A DNA stretch of 64,000 nucleotides from Promethearchaeota archaeon (lineage in GTDB: Archaea; Asgardarchaeota; Lokiarchaeia; Sigyniarchaeales; SOKP01). The DNA is taken from NCBI GenBank assembly GCA_019058445.1, contig JAHPZA010000006.1, positions 288,001 to 352,000 of the forward strand. Direction: 5' to 3'. The number at the start of each line of letters is the position of its first letter. The stretch's first letter is position 1. The notes beneath the pieces are model-generated. The model was not told the origin of the DNA, did no database searches, and was given only the letters and a program-made list of their open reading frames with translations. Positions 50,597-61,599 of the stretch are shown piece after piece. The position numbers and the translations under genes were made by a program.

Positions 50597-51859
50597 ATGG
50601 AAAACACATCGAAAGACCAAATTGAAAGACACGGTAAGTATGACTTGTATGAACATAGTAAATTAAGAAATACGATTTTTGGCATTGTGTATTTTAATCA
50701 AGGAGTCCTTGAAGTGTTTCTATTCATATACATGGCTCTGTATATGTTAGAATTTGGTCTGAGCTTAACATTAATTGGCTTAACTCTTTTTATTGTCAAT
50801 CTACCATGGGTAATAAAACCAATTTATGGAGTTACAACTGATCGAATAGGAAGTAAGAAATGGGGTCGAAGAATTCCGTATATGATCTCAACATGTTTCT
50901 TATCAGGAATTATGATGTTCGTAATCATTCCTTTAAGTCCTAGCTCTGACTGGCTATTCTTTACGCTTGTTGCCACTATAGCGTATTTATGTAGTGGTAT
51001 CTCTGATACTGCCACTGATGGTCTTGTAGTGGATACCACTGAACCTGAAAATAGAGGTAAGGTACAAAGTGTTTGCTGGGGATCAAAATTGGGAGGCTAT
51101 GTAGTAGCATCGCTCTTAGTGGGATTTATGATAGAATTATTATCATGGACAATTTATTTTGTTTTCATGGGATTTATTTTATTTCTGCCAATTCCATTGT
51201 TTTTACTTGCAAAAGAACCAATTTATGAGATTTCAGAAAAATTTCCATGGAAAGATATAAAAATGGTATTTAAAAAGAGATTGGTTTGGATTGTGTTGAT
51301 TCTTTTCATTGTAATTCAAATTGGAATACACATTGTTTTAGCAATGGCGCCACTTTTTCTTTCTATTGAACTCAATTTAAGCTTATCCTATGTTGGAATA
51401 GTAATGACTGCGGGGAGTTTAGGTTTTTTCATAGGATGTCTAGTATCTGGGCCAATTTTTGACAGATTTTCGCGACGTACAGGAATGATGACCACTATTG
51501 GATTCATGGTTGTAATGTTTTTCTTAGTATCTCTAATTTTTAATTTTATAATGGCTCTTGTTGTTGTATTATTATTTGGTCTTGCTTGGGGATTGTTTCA
51601 AATTATTCAAATGATTGTTTCCATGGATATAACTAAGAAATCAATCGGAGCAACGATGTTTTCGATATATATGAGCGTTTATAATCTTGGAAACGCATTA
51701 GGAGCGCTATTTGGAGCGATTCTTGCAGTAGCATTCGGATTTCGTATTGCTTTCGTAATTGCAGGTTTAATCGTACTTCCTACTCTATTTTTAGTAATAC
51801 TTATTAAAGGTACTGAAACCTTATTTCCAGAAGAACAAGGCGCTACAGAGATAAAATGA
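50597..51859 (+). CDS. MFS transporter (AmpG/BT1-like), tandem paralog 1
   Basis: LPWVIKPIYG..D..WGRRIPY, DTATDGL, ATMFSIYMS..N. Confidence 0.85.
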   Translation: MENTSKDQIERHGKYDLYEHSKLRNTIFGIVYFNQGVLEVFLFIYMALYMLEFGLSLTLIGLTLFIVNLPWVIKPIYGVTTDRIGSKKWGRRIPYMISTCFLSGIMMFVIIPLSPSSDWLFFTLVATIAYLCSGISDTATDGLVVDTTEPENRGKVQSVCWGSKLGGYVVASLLVGFMIELLSWTIYFVFMGFILFLPIPLFLLAKEPIYEISEKFPWKDIKMVFKKRLVWIVLILFIVIQIGIHIVLAMAPLFLSIELNLSLSYVGIVMTAGSLGFFIGCLVSGPIFDRFSRRTGMMTTIGFMVVMFFLVSLIFNFIMALVVVLLFGLAWGLFQIIQMIVSMDITKKSIGATMFSIYMSVYNLGNALGALFGAILAVAFGFRIAFVIAGLIVLPTLFLVILIKGTETLFPEEQGATEIK

Positions 51860-52028
51860 ATTTATTACTGTTCAATAAACAATCATAACTTTTTTTTTTT
51901 TTAAAAAAGAAATAAGAAAACAAAAGAATTTATTACCTTTTCATGAGTATAAAATACAAAAAAAAAAATAGGTTAAGAAAGATAATTTATATCTAGTAAT
52001 AAATAAACATTCAATTAGGAGTATAAAA

Positions 52029-53267
52029 ATGAATGAAAAAACTAATGTTTTGCCAGGTTCAAACAAAAAAATCTTATCGGAGCATAAAAATTTACGCTAT
52101 TTGATTTTTGGTACTATATATCTACACCAAGGATTCATTGAAGTATTTTTGAACATCTATATGGCATTATATCTTTTAAGTTACGGAATTAGTATATTAT
52201 ACATCGGATTGACCATAGCAATCGGGGGTATTCCATGGATTATTAAACCTCTTTATGGAATGTTATCTGATAAAAAAGGAATTAGGACCTGGGGCAGAAG
52301 AATTCCTTATATGCTTATAGGGAGTTTTTTTGGAGCAATTCTCTTTTTTACTTTAATACCAGTAAATCCTGCCACAGCATGGATAGTTTTTGTTTCTATT
52401 ATTGTGAGTGCAAATTTTTTCAATGCTCTATGTGATACAGCTACAGATGGTCTAATAGTAGATACGACTGAACTAGAAAAACGTGGTACTGCTCAAAGTA
52501 TATGTTGGGGTTCAAAATTTGTAGGTTATGTAACAGCAGCAATCTTAGTAGGATTTATGATTGAAATTCTTGGCTGGGGAATTTATTTTATTTTTATGGG
52601 ATTGTTTTTACTCATCCCAATACCGATGTTGCTAATATCACAAGAACCTAGCTATGATCTTCCAGAAAAATATCCAATTCAAGATGTTAAAGATACATTT
52701 AAAGAGAGATTGGTGTGGATTGTTTTACTTTTCTTCTTAATATCAGGATTAGGATTAAGCATTGTGCTTTCTATGTTACCTTTATTTCTTTCCATAGAAC
52801 TAAAATTCAGTTTGAGTATGGTTGGCATAATAATGTCAATAGGTTATATAAGTTTTATAGTGGGATGCATAGTTGCGGGTCCAATTTTAGATAGGGTGTC
52901 AAGAAGGAAAAGTATTACCACTTCAATTATCATACTCTGTGTCGTAGCTTTCCTTATTTCAATGACTAGTAATATTATAATGGCCCTTATTTTTATGGTT
53001 TTAGCAGGCGTTTCTTGGGGTGTTTTTCAAATAGTTGAGATGATGCTTTCGATGGATATCTGTAAAAAATCGGTTGGAGCAACTATGTATTCTCTCTATA
53101 TGAGCGTTATAAACCTTGGGGGAATGTTAGGAGCTATTATTGGAGCAATTTTAGTACAAACCTACGGTTTTCGAATCGCTTTTATGTGTGCTGGATTTAT
53201 TGTGTTATCTACTCTTATCCTTGTCATGTTCATGAAAGGTACAGAACAGGTATTTAAAGAATGTTAG
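52029..53267 (+). CDS. MFS transporter (AmpG/BT1-like), tandem paralog 2
   Basis: Same motifs as paralog 1. Confidence 0.85.
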   Translation: MNEKTNVLPGSNKKILSEHKNLRYLIFGTIYLHQGFIEVFLNIYMALYLLSYGISILYIGLTIAIGGIPWIIKPLYGMLSDKKGIRTWGRRIPYMLIGSFFGAILFFTLIPVNPATAWIVFVSIIVSANFFNALCDTATDGLIVDTTELEKRGTAQSICWGSKFVGYVTAAILVGFMIEILGWGIYFIFMGLFLLIPIPMLLISQEPSYDLPEKYPIQDVKDTFKERLVWIVLLFFLISGLGLSIVLSMLPLFLSIELKFSLSMVGIIMSIGYISFIVGCIVAGPILDRVSRRKSITTSIIILCVVAFLISMTSNIIMALIFMVLAGVSWGVFQIVEMMLSMDICKKSVGATMYSLYMSVINLGGMLGAIIGAILVQTYGFRIAFMCAGFIVLSTLILVMFMKGTEQVFKEC

Positions 53268-53338
53268 CCAAATTTTATCTTATTTCAAATTTTTTTTATT
53301 TTTTCTTTTCTAAAATAATCAAAATAAAATTAAGCTAG

Positions 53339-54970
53339 TTATTGTCTTCGTAACGCCATACCTGATTTCGAGTTAGTAAAAACTCCTTTTTTATAAGCTA
53401 TTACTCCATTTACAAATACGTACTCCACTCCCTCGGAATATAATCGAGGGTTTTCATAAGTAGCTTTATCAATTATTCTTTCCTCATCGAAGATGGTAAT
53501 ATCTGCCCAATATCCCTCCCTTAGGATCCCGCGATCTTTTAATCCTAATTTTTGAGCTGGATAAGATGTCATTCTCCTGATGGCATCATGTAGCGTAAGT
53601 AGTTTCTCCTCTCGAACATATTTTCCTAACACCTGAGTGAAAGTTCCGTTAGCATAAGGATTTGGAAAATATTCCGAATTCTCTGGTATTATTCGACCAT
53701 CTGAAGCAAACATAGTAAGTGGATGAGCAATGGTAACGATATTATCCTCCTCTGTCATCGACAAATATGTTCCACCTACAGCCCCCTCTTGCTCTATTAA
53801 AACCTCAATAAGAACTTGTCTTGGATCGAGATTATGTTCTATAGAATTTTGATATACATTTTTTCCATTATATTTTATACTATTTGGAGCGTTTATAAAA
53901 ACCTTTTTCCAACCTTCTTTTTCAGTGATATTCAAATAACTCTTTACTATTATATCAATTTCCCCATAGATTTTATCTCTTAGATCTATATCTGACTTAG
54001 ATTTTTTTAGCATATCGATGGCTCTAAGATTGTCTATGCCTTGTTTTGAAAGGTAGATCCAAGGAGGTATCAGCGCAAAAAGAAAAGTATGATTAGATGC
54101 ATGGGGAAAAACATCAAATGTAATATCTAAATTTTGTTCGCGGGCTTCTTCAACTAATTTAACAGCTTTTCTTATATCTCCAGGCCAAAATCCAAAGGCT
54201 TTAAAGTGGTTAATCTCAACTGGTATTCCTGATTTAGCAATCTTAACTGCTTCTTTTGTGCCTTTTATTAATCCATTATTTCTCAAGCCAGCCCTCATAT
54301 GAGTGGTATAAAGTCCATTATATTTAGATACTACTTTACATAATTCAATTATTTCATTAGTTTTGGCGAATGATCCTGGAGGATAATCCAAACCTGTTGA
54401 CATGCCAAATGCGCCAAATTTCATCTGCTCCTCGAGCAGATCTTTCATATTCTCTAGTTCTTCTGTAGTTGGTTCTCTATTCTCTAAACCCATAAAATAA
54501 ATTCTCAACATTGAATGTCCTATCATTGGGGCAATATTAATTGGAATTCCTTTCTGCTTTAAGCCCTCTAAATATTCATTTAAATTGAAAAATATAAATT
54601 CAGTATTCCCACCCCCGATCATCGAAATAAATGTCCTCATTGTTTCGTCGTCTTTATCCATATTTGGATTTATGGGAGTCATTGAAAATCCGCAATTTCC
54701 AACTACATGAGTGGTTACCCCTTGAGAGATGACATTTTCACCACGGCTAAATAAAACTGTAGCATCAGAATGAGTATGAATATCAATAAATCCAGGTGAT
54801 ACAATAAGGCCTGAAGCATCGATAACTTCTTCAGCCCTCTCTTCACTAATTTTTGGAGAAATTATCTTTATTTTTCCATCCTCTATTAATAAATCTGCCT
54901 TAAACCATGGATTACCCGTACCATCAATTAGCTTTCCATTCTTAATTAGATAAGAGTTTTTAGTAGACAT
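53339..54970 (-). CDS. N-acyl-D-amino-acid deacylase (amidohydrolase family)
   Basis: PGFIDIHTHSD, GNCG, STGLDY.PG, THMR, ASDG, DRG.L.EG..AD. Confidence 0.88.
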   Translation of the reverse strand: MSTKNSYLIKNGKLIDGTGNPWFKADLLIEDGKIKIISPKISEERAEEVIDASGLIVSPGFIDIHTHSDATVLFSRGENVISQGVTTHVVGNCGFSMTPINPNMDKDDETMRTFISMIGGGNTEFIFFNLNEYLEGLKQKGIPINIAPMIGHSMLRIYFMGLENREPTTEELENMKDLLEEQMKFGAFGMSTGLDYPPGSFAKTNEIIELCKVVSKYNGLYTTHMRAGLRNNGLIKGTKEAVKIAKSGIPVEINHFKAFGFWPGDIRKAVKLVEEAREQNLDITFDVFPHASNHTFLFALIPPWIYLSKQGIDNLRAIDMLKKSKSDIDLRDKIYGEIDIIVKSYLNITEKEGWKKVFINAPNSIKYNGKNVYQNSIEHNLDPRQVLIEVLIEQEGAVGGTYLSMTEEDNIVTIAHPLTMFASDGRIIPENSEYFPNPYANGTFTQVLGKYVREEKLLTLHDAIRRMTSYPAQKLGLKDRGILREGYWADITIFDEERIIDKATYENPRLYSEGVEYVFVNGVIAYKKGVFTNSKSGMALRRQ

Positions 54971-55143
54971 ATTATACTTCAGTAATTCAATTTAGTTAAA
55001 AGTAATATAAATTGTGAAATGAATACTTGTATAAATGTTTTAAAAATAAAAGAGTCTAAAAAAGAAAAGATTAATTTTTACATTTTATGGGATTCTCTTG
55101 CTATAATACATTTATATGTTCAACAATTATTAGATAAATAACG

Positions 55144-55746
55144 ATGGCTGATTTTGAATGTAATGATTTTGAGAAAAACTGTCCTTTTCGAGTTATTGAT
55201 ATTTCTAAGAATGTTGCTATTTGCAAGTTCTATAAAAAGTATTGGGAAGCCTATGATAATAATCCTGTAGATGCCTTAAATTTAACGAAAAAAGCGTGTG
55301 ACGGAATTAGACAATATGAATTATATCGAAAACATCTCGTAGAAATTACGGAGAGAAGAACCATCAAAATGTTAAAAAATGTCAATGTAGGAGATAAGCT
55401 TTACTGGTTAATCCATTCAGAAGATGTTATCCTAGTTGAGAAACCAACTAAACTGAGTACCATTACAAGATGTACTTGTCAAAGGGATAATAAAGAAATA
55501 ATAGAAATACCTGCACATTTATTAAGAAAAATTTCCAAGGGAAATTATAATCAGGACCATAATATTTATGGAACTGACAAGACAAACGAAGCAAGGATTT
55601 TGGAATTAACAGCCAGAGAAGCTGGTTTTAGAGTCGAATTGGAGAAGCTGAAAAATGGTATTAGATTGAAATTTTATGGAGATTCGCAAGAAGAGGTAGA
55701 TGATTTTGTAAATTTGGTTGCTAAAGATAATTTTTTACTATTTTAA
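55144..55746 (+). CDS. Hypothetical protein with Cys-rich N-terminus
   Basis: 200-aa ORF; four Cys in the N-terminal ~55 aa. Confidence 0.6.
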   Translation: MADFECNDFEKNCPFRVIDISKNVAICKFYKKYWEAYDNNPVDALNLTKKACDGIRQYELYRKHLVEITERRTIKMLKNVNVGDKLYWLIHSEDVILVEKPTKLSTITRCTCQRDNKEIIEIPAHLLRKISKGNYNQDHNIYGTDKTNEARILELTAREAGFRVELEKLKNGIRLKFYGDSQEEVDDFVNLVAKDNFLLF

Positions 55747-55890
55747 GTGAATAAAAATTTCTCTTGAATAAATCTAACTTTTTCATCATATCTTTCTTAT
55801 AAACTCGTTGATTTCAAGATATTGAATAATAAAATGACTAAAAAAAGATAAAAAGGAAAGAAATTCAATTATTTAAACTAAAACTTTAAT

Positions 55891-58377
55891 CTATATTTTA
55901 TGTGCTTCCCTTGCGATAATCTCGTTTTGCAATTCCTTGCCGATTGCCGTAAAATAAGCGTTATAGCCGGTTACTCTGACCAGAAGGTTCTTATAATTCT
56001 CAGGGTGTTTCTGGGCATCTTTAAGCATTTCCACATCCAACATATTTATCTGTAAACATGTGCCTCCGTTTTCAGCGTATCCTCTCAAGTAAGATTTAAA
56101 TTTCTCTTTATGTTCGGGATCCCGCAAGATGCTTGGATTAAACGTAATAGTATGGCTTGCTCCATTTGGTAAATAATTAATATATTCGCCTGTTTCTGTT
56201 TTACCACCTAATGCTCTTCCAACTGAATTAGTGACCGCAGTAGGGCCCTTTATATCGCTTCCATCCACAGGACAAATTGCATTTGAGAGAAAAGTCCCTT
56301 TTTTTCGACCATCAGGTGTAGCAATGGTAAGTCCTGCATCTGCTCCAGCCCAGTAATTCCACGATAACATACCGGGTCGGAATTGAAAGTCTGTTGACGT
56401 TTTGTATTTCCAAGTTTCATCACACCATGTTTCCATAACCATTCTCGCTATTTCATCAGCATTATCATCGTCATTTCCATATTTAGGAGCCTTATTTTTT
56501 AAGTACGTTTGGATAACTTCATATCCTTCGAAATCATTCATTAATGCTTCTTTAATTTGGGCAATTGTATGCTTTTTATCTTCATACACTAATTTTTTAA
56601 TTGCTAATAATGAATCGACTGTTGATGCAAAGCCTACTCCTTCAACAGTTATAAATCGATATACTGGACCGCCATTTCTTACATCTAAACCTTTATCAAT
56701 ACAATCATTGACAAATGTTGATAAGTATGGTGTAGGGAGATACTCTCCACGAAGTTCTTCAGTTAAATTATATACGTCTGCGGTATGTTTTATCATGAAT
56801 TGAATTTGCTTTTTCCATGCATTCCAAAATTCCTCCCATGTTTCAAAATCTTCTGGATTTCCCGTTTCTGGACCAATTTGCTCTCCTGGTTTTGTTGTTA
56901 CATCATTGCCGGGCATATTCTTTCCATTCCACAGTGTTAATTCAATAGATTTTGTTAAATTCACGTTGATATTTACGGTTCCACTTCTGTCATTTCCTTG
57001 CATGGTATTTTCTAAACACCCTACGCACGCATAATCCCACGCATCATCTTTGGATATTCCTTCTTTAACCATCCCCGCTATTGACCTTTCGTCAAAATTA
57101 ATTAAGAATGGAGCTCCTTGGGATCTTCCGATTATCTCCACTATTACATCAAGCAGTTTTTCGGGAGAATTTCTATGTAGTCTTATATTTGGTTTCGGTT
57201 CTAAAATAGGGTGCCACTCATCAATAACTTCTAAAATAGTATAGGTTAATTCATTTGTCAAATCTTCTCCGCTAGGACCACATCCCGATAACGTCATTAA
57301 TTGACCAAACCCAGAAGTAATTCCCTGTTTTCCTAATCTAATCATTGCGTCATATGCCGTATTACAATGAAACCAAAAACTTCCTAAAATATCTTTTGCG
57401 AATTCTTTTGTGATATTTTTCTCCTCTATGACATCTTTTCTATAAAGATCCCAGAGATGCAGATCCGTTCGGCCAAAAGAAAGTCCTGGTCCAGGATAAG
57501 ATTCTTCTGCCATTACAAGCATATGAGTAAGCCAAATTGCTTGAATTGCTTGCCAAAACGTTTCTGCAGGCTCCCAGGGAACATGTTCCAGGTTTTTTGC
57601 CATTTGCTCAAGTTCTTCGACTCTTTCAGGAGTAGATGCTTCATCTTTTAACCTCCTACATTCTTCAGCGTATTTTGAGGCTAATTTTCTTGGAATCTCA
57701 GCGGCTTTTATAATGGCTCTGAGTTCCTGCCCCTTTGGGCCCTCTTTTTCTTGGTCACTCAGTTGAGCATATACTTCTTGTGCTTTATTATGATAATATT
57801 TTAAGCCTTTTTTCACAACACCCTCATAATCTGGAATAATATGACCTGCGGTGGCACCAAGATTCCCAAAACCGGATTTATGGTAATTAAGGGTTGCTTC
57901 TCTATTCCTTATGTTTTTTTTCCAGTATTCTTTTGCTTCTGTTTCATTGAAACATTTTGATAATTGAGTATTAAACCTTCCACCAGCAACTAAATCATTT
58001 TCAGAAATGATTTCTTGTGGGATATAGTCGAGTACAACCTCCTCAAAAAATGTCATTCTGCGTTCTGGTAAAGATAAATCCCAGAAATTTTCAGGTAATT
58101 TAACAGGAATGGCCATAGATCTAAAAGATGATGCAAGAACGCCTCTATCATTTTTTCCAAGTATTTGAATATAAAAATGGGTTTCTGGCACGATATAATA
58201 ATCTCCTTCAAACCATATGATATCCCAATCCGGACCCGTCGTGAATGTCATAAACTCGTTATTCCATTCTCTTTCTTGACCCTTAAAATAATAATCTCTG
58301 AGCCATTTGGATCGTAGAGATAAATCATGGGCTTCAGCTATTTGATACTTAGACTCGGTTTTACTCATTTTCTTCAC
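55891..58377 (-). CDS. Glycyl radical enzyme (PFL2/eliminase-like, substrate unknown)
   Basis: Cys loop DYACVGCLE, APKYGNDD, ATPDGR, Gly loop LLVRVTGYNAYF. Confidence 0.92.
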   Translation of the reverse strand: MKKMSKTESKYQIAEAHDLSLRSKWLRDYYFKGQEREWNNEFMTFTTGPDWDIIWFEGDYYIVPETHFYIQILGKNDRGVLASSFRSMAIPVKLPENFWDLSLPERRMTFFEEVVLDYIPQEIISENDLVAGGRFNTQLSKCFNETEAKEYWKKNIRNREATLNYHKSGFGNLGATAGHIIPDYEGVVKKGLKYYHNKAQEVYAQLSDQEKEGPKGQELRAIIKAAEIPRKLASKYAEECRRLKDEASTPERVEELEQMAKNLEHVPWEPAETFWQAIQAIWLTHMLVMAEESYPGPGLSFGRTDLHLWDLYRKDVIEEKNITKEFAKDILGSFWFHCNTAYDAMIRLGKQGITSGFGQLMTLSGCGPSGEDLTNELTYTILEVIDEWHPILEPKPNIRLHRNSPEKLLDVIVEIIGRSQGAPFLINFDERSIAGMVKEGISKDDAWDYACVGCLENTMQGNDRSGTVNINVNLTKSIELTLWNGKNMPGNDVTTKPGEQIGPETGNPEDFETWEEFWNAWKKQIQFMIKHTADVYNLTEELRGEYLPTPYLSTFVNDCIDKGLDVRNGGPVYRFITVEGVGFASTVDSLLAIKKLVYEDKKHTIAQIKEALMNDFEGYEVIQTYLKNKAPKYGNDDDNADEIARMVMETWCDETWKYKTSTDFQFRPGMLSWNYWAGADAGLTIATPDGRKKGTFLSNAICPVDGSDIKGPTAVTNSVGRALGGKTETGEYINYLPNGASHTITFNPSILRDPEHKEKFKSYLRGYAENGGTCLQINMLDVEMLKDAQKHPENYKNLLVRVTGYNAYFTAIGKELQNEIIAREAHKI

Positions 58378-58665
58378 CTTAAAAAATTTAGATAGTAATC
58401 TATGTAAAAATATGATAATTGGTATTTATAAATTAGTTTTACAAATAATAACTGGATATTTAAATAGCCTCATAGATTTAGTTGATTTTAGAGATTAAAA
58501 ATGTAGGATTCAATCGTAGTTCATTAAATCATCTTACATTATAATATCTTTTTGTCAAATGACTAAAAAGAATAATAGACAAATTTAGTCAATATTTATA
58601 TTATATAGCGTTTTTATTTTCATTAATATCAATCTAATATATATTTAATAATTAGGGGATGTAAT

Positions 58666-59466
58666 ATGGTACTTTCAGATATATCAATGGTTGATCTCAT
58701 TGTTGGAATAACTTATTCGATTGAAATTTTAATCTTCATTATTATTGGAATGAAAATCATATCGAAATATATTGAACACAAACGAATTGAATTGATTTCT
58801 GTTGGAATGGCATGGATTCTCATTAGTAGTACTTCTTGGGATAATATGTATTATTTTATTTATGTTCTTTTATTCGGAGAGCCCTCAGAATTGATGTTTG
58901 CATTTTTTATCCACACATTTCGATTAGGTGCTCCTCTAGCCCTCTTATTGTGGATGTATTCATTTACTAAACTTGTACCAAGGAGCAAAAAGAATCAAAT
59001 GATTATTGTGTCTATTTATATTGCTATACAAATCTTAGCAGTCATTATGTATATTTTAGCGTTAATTACTGAGTTTTCAGATATTTTTGGAGCCGCTAAC
59101 GAGGAATTGTTTATAGTTATTTATTACCAATATTTAACAATATTTTTAATGGTTCTCATGATATCAATCCTAACTACAGGAATTCTTATGGCAAAATCGG
59201 CATCAAAGTCGGGCGATCCAAGAGCTAAATTAAAATCAAAATTCTTGTTAATTGCGTTTATTATTGTTACAATAGGAGCAATAATTTCACAAATCGCTTT
59301 AGCTGCAAGTGGTCAAGAGGGTGTTTATGATCAATATCATATCGCACCAAGTATTGCTTTAATATTTGTCATATCACATGTTTTCATAACTTTAAGTGGA
59401 TTTCTATTCTATTTTGGATTCTTTATGCCTGAAAGGATATATAATTTATTAAAAAAATCGAACTAA
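58666..59466 (+). CDS. Seven-TM membrane protein
   Basis: ~7 hydrophobic segments; KLKSKFLL and FYFGFFMP. Confidence 0.7.
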   Translation: MVLSDISMVDLIVGITYSIEILIFIIIGMKIISKYIEHKRIELISVGMAWILISSTSWDNMYYFIYVLLFGEPSELMFAFFIHTFRLGAPLALLLWMYSFTKLVPRSKKNQMIIVSIYIAIQILAVIMYILALITEFSDIFGAANEELFIVIYYQYLTIFLMVLMISILTTGILMAKSASKSGDPRAKLKSKFLLIAFIIVTIGAIISQIALAASGQEGVYDQYHIAPSIALIFVISHVFITLSGFLFYFGFFMPERIYNLLKKSN

Positions 59467-59652
59467 TAAAATATAATCCAAGATATTCCTTTTTTTTATA
59501 ATATTCTTAACTTTTGATATGATTCTAACAATTATTAATCTGCTTTGATCTAATTTTTCATTGAAATTATATAATTAAGATAATAAAAAAAAGGAATAAA
59601 ATTAAAAAAAAATAGAAAAAAGTGATAAAAAAATGATAATAACTACTATTGC

Positions 59653-60183
59653 TTATTTGAGTCTTGCTTCTGATAATTTTAGATGATCGGTTTCCACTTC
59701 TACAAATGCTTCAAAAATCTCTTTTACTCGTGGATTTTTCGCAGCTTTCGCAGCCTCTCCATAAAATTTTATTGCTCGGTCTTCTCTTGCGTGTGAATCT
59801 TCTAAATCTGCTTTATAATCATCTACACATGTCTCAGGAGGTTCCCACTTTATATCATCTAATTTTAGGATTTTTTTCCAGACTGAAGCGTGTTCCCCTT
59901 CAACTTTTGCGAGGATTTTAAAAAGTTTTTGACCATCAAGTTCTTTTACTTTTTTCGATGCGCATTTATAGAAAAGATTATTTGAGATCTCAACACCTAA
60001 CGCTTTTTCAACGTTTGCTTTATCAACCTCATTTAACTCAACATCCCAATCACCAGTGTCATCATATTTTTTTGAATCAACCAGATATTTATCATATGCT
60101 CCGCAAAACGGGCATCTGCTTGGTTTTTTTGTGCCGATATAAGCTTCGCCACAGATTTCGCAAACCCATACTCCGACTGCCAT
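59653..60183 (-). CDS. Reverse rubrerythrin (N-terminal rubredoxin plus ferritin-like diiron domain)
   Basis: WVCEICG..CPFCG; E..FY..E.EH motif twice; ATG 60183 preferred as start. Confidence 0.85.
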   Translation of the reverse strand: MAVGVWVCEICGEAYIGTKKPSRCPFCGAYDKYLVDSKKYDDTGDWDVELNEVDKANVEKALGVEISNNLFYKCASKKVKELDGQKLFKILAKVEGEHASVWKKILKLDDIKWEPPETCVDDYKADLEDSHAREDRAIKFYGEAAKAAKNPRVKEIFEAFVEVETDHLKLSEARLK

Positions 60184-60507
60184 ATTTTTCACCTTAAATT
60201 CATAAGTTAATTTTTTTTTCATTGAATTGGTATATTTTTTACCTATGATTAAAAAATTTAAATGATTTTATATACCTTCGACTTAATTTTTAAAAGTTTG
60301 AAAGAAATATTTGAAAATTCTCTTGGAAAGGATAAAATTAATAATTTTTAAAATTAGTTATTAGAGAGATAGTTTTCCGTTCATAATTCTAAATAAAGAG
60401 AACTTAGATTTAAATAGTTTATCAGAAGATAAGGTTCAATTTTAAAATCTTTAAAATTTTATAATAAACATAGATTTGAATTATTTTTAAAAAATATATG
60501 ATTAATT

Positions 60508-61599
60508 TTGTTGCGTGTTCTAGGGATTGATCCTGGGAGTTTATCATGGGATTTTTTTGGATTAGAAGATAACAAAATAATATTAGATACTTCAATACCA
60601 ACAAAAGAATTAGTTAATGAGCCTCAGAAAGCTATAACAATTATTAAATCGGTTAAGAATATTGATTTAATGGTAGCTCCAAGTGGCTTCGGGCTTCCTT
60701 TAAAAGATGTAAAAGACCTAACAGAAAAAGATATCTTCTACACATTACTAAAATTTGAACAGAAAGAAAAAGATAAGCTTATAGGATTAGGAAACATTTT
60801 AAGATTGATTAAAGCTGATAATATCCCGGGCACTATTGTTCCGGGGGTGAAACATCTCCCTACCATTCCGCGATATCGGAAGATTAATAAAATCGATATG
60901 GGAACTGCTGATAAATTATGCACTGCAGTCACTGGTATAAGGGATCAAATGGAGAAATTTAAAGTTCCCCCTGAAGAGACCAATTTCATTATGGTAGAAA
61001 TCGGTTACGGATTTACTGCCGTGTTAGCCATTGAAAATGGACAAATAATTGACGGAATTGGGGGGTCTAATATCATGGGATTCAGAGCATGTGGAAGTTT
61101 GGATGGAGAATTAGCCTATTTAATTAAAGTTATTAAAAAGAAAAACATATATAAAGGTGGAGTTGCGTCTATTTCAGGATATTCTGACCTTAGTCTAAAA
61201 GAAATTACACTATTAGCGGAAAAAGATGAACAGATAAAAACTGCTCTTAAAGCTTATTTATCGAGTGTCAAAAAAGCGGTATTTGGAATATCATCATCAT
61301 TTTCTAGTAAAGAAAAAATACAAGAAATTTTGTTAGCAGGGCGAGGCACGGATTTAATATATTTAAGAGATAGAATAATAAAAGGACTCAAAGATGTGGC
61401 TCCGGCAAGACTTATGAAATCTTATAGTCAAATTGCCAAGCGTGCGGCACAAGGAGCAGCTTTTATTGCGAATGGACTATTAGGGGGAGAATTTGAACCT
61501 ATTGTAAAAAATCTTAGACTTAAAGAAGCGTCCGGATCAATTTTAGATGATATTTTCATTCCATTTGATAAAGATAAACTCATAAGTGATTTAGATTAA
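60508..61599 (+). CDS. DUF1464 ASKHA-fold (butyrate-kinase-like) protein
   Basis: VLGIDPGS, PSGFG, NKIDMGTADK, IIDGIGGS, AAQGAA.IANG. Confidence 0.8.
   Translation: MLRVLGIDPGSLSWDFFGLEDNKIILDTSIPTKELVNEPQKAITIIKSVKNIDLMVAPSGFGLPLKDVKDLTEKDIFYTLLKFEQKEKDKLIGLGNILRLIKADNIPGTIVPGVKHLPTIPRYRKINKIDMGTADKLCTAVTGIRDQMEKFKVPPEETNFIMVEIGYGFTAVLAIENGQIIDGIGGSNIMGFRACGSLDGELAYLIKVIKKKNIYKGGVASISGYSDLSLKEITLLAEKDEQIKTALKAYLSSVKKAVFGISSSFSSKEKIQEILLAGRGTDLIYLRDRIIKGLKDVAPARLMKSYSQIAKRAAQGAAFIANGLLGGEFEPIVKNLRLKEASGSILDDIFIPFDKDKLISDLD

Noticed and set aside
55891-58377. Pyruvate formate-lyase (pflB)
   Set aside because: Lacks the adjacent Cys-Cys active-site pair; has a single-Cys GCLE loop.
55832-58569. 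Direct repeat AAATGACTAAAAA flanking the GRE gene, considered as a target-site duplication
   Set aside because: Low-complexity A-rich 13-mer with no mobile-element gene; plausible by chance.
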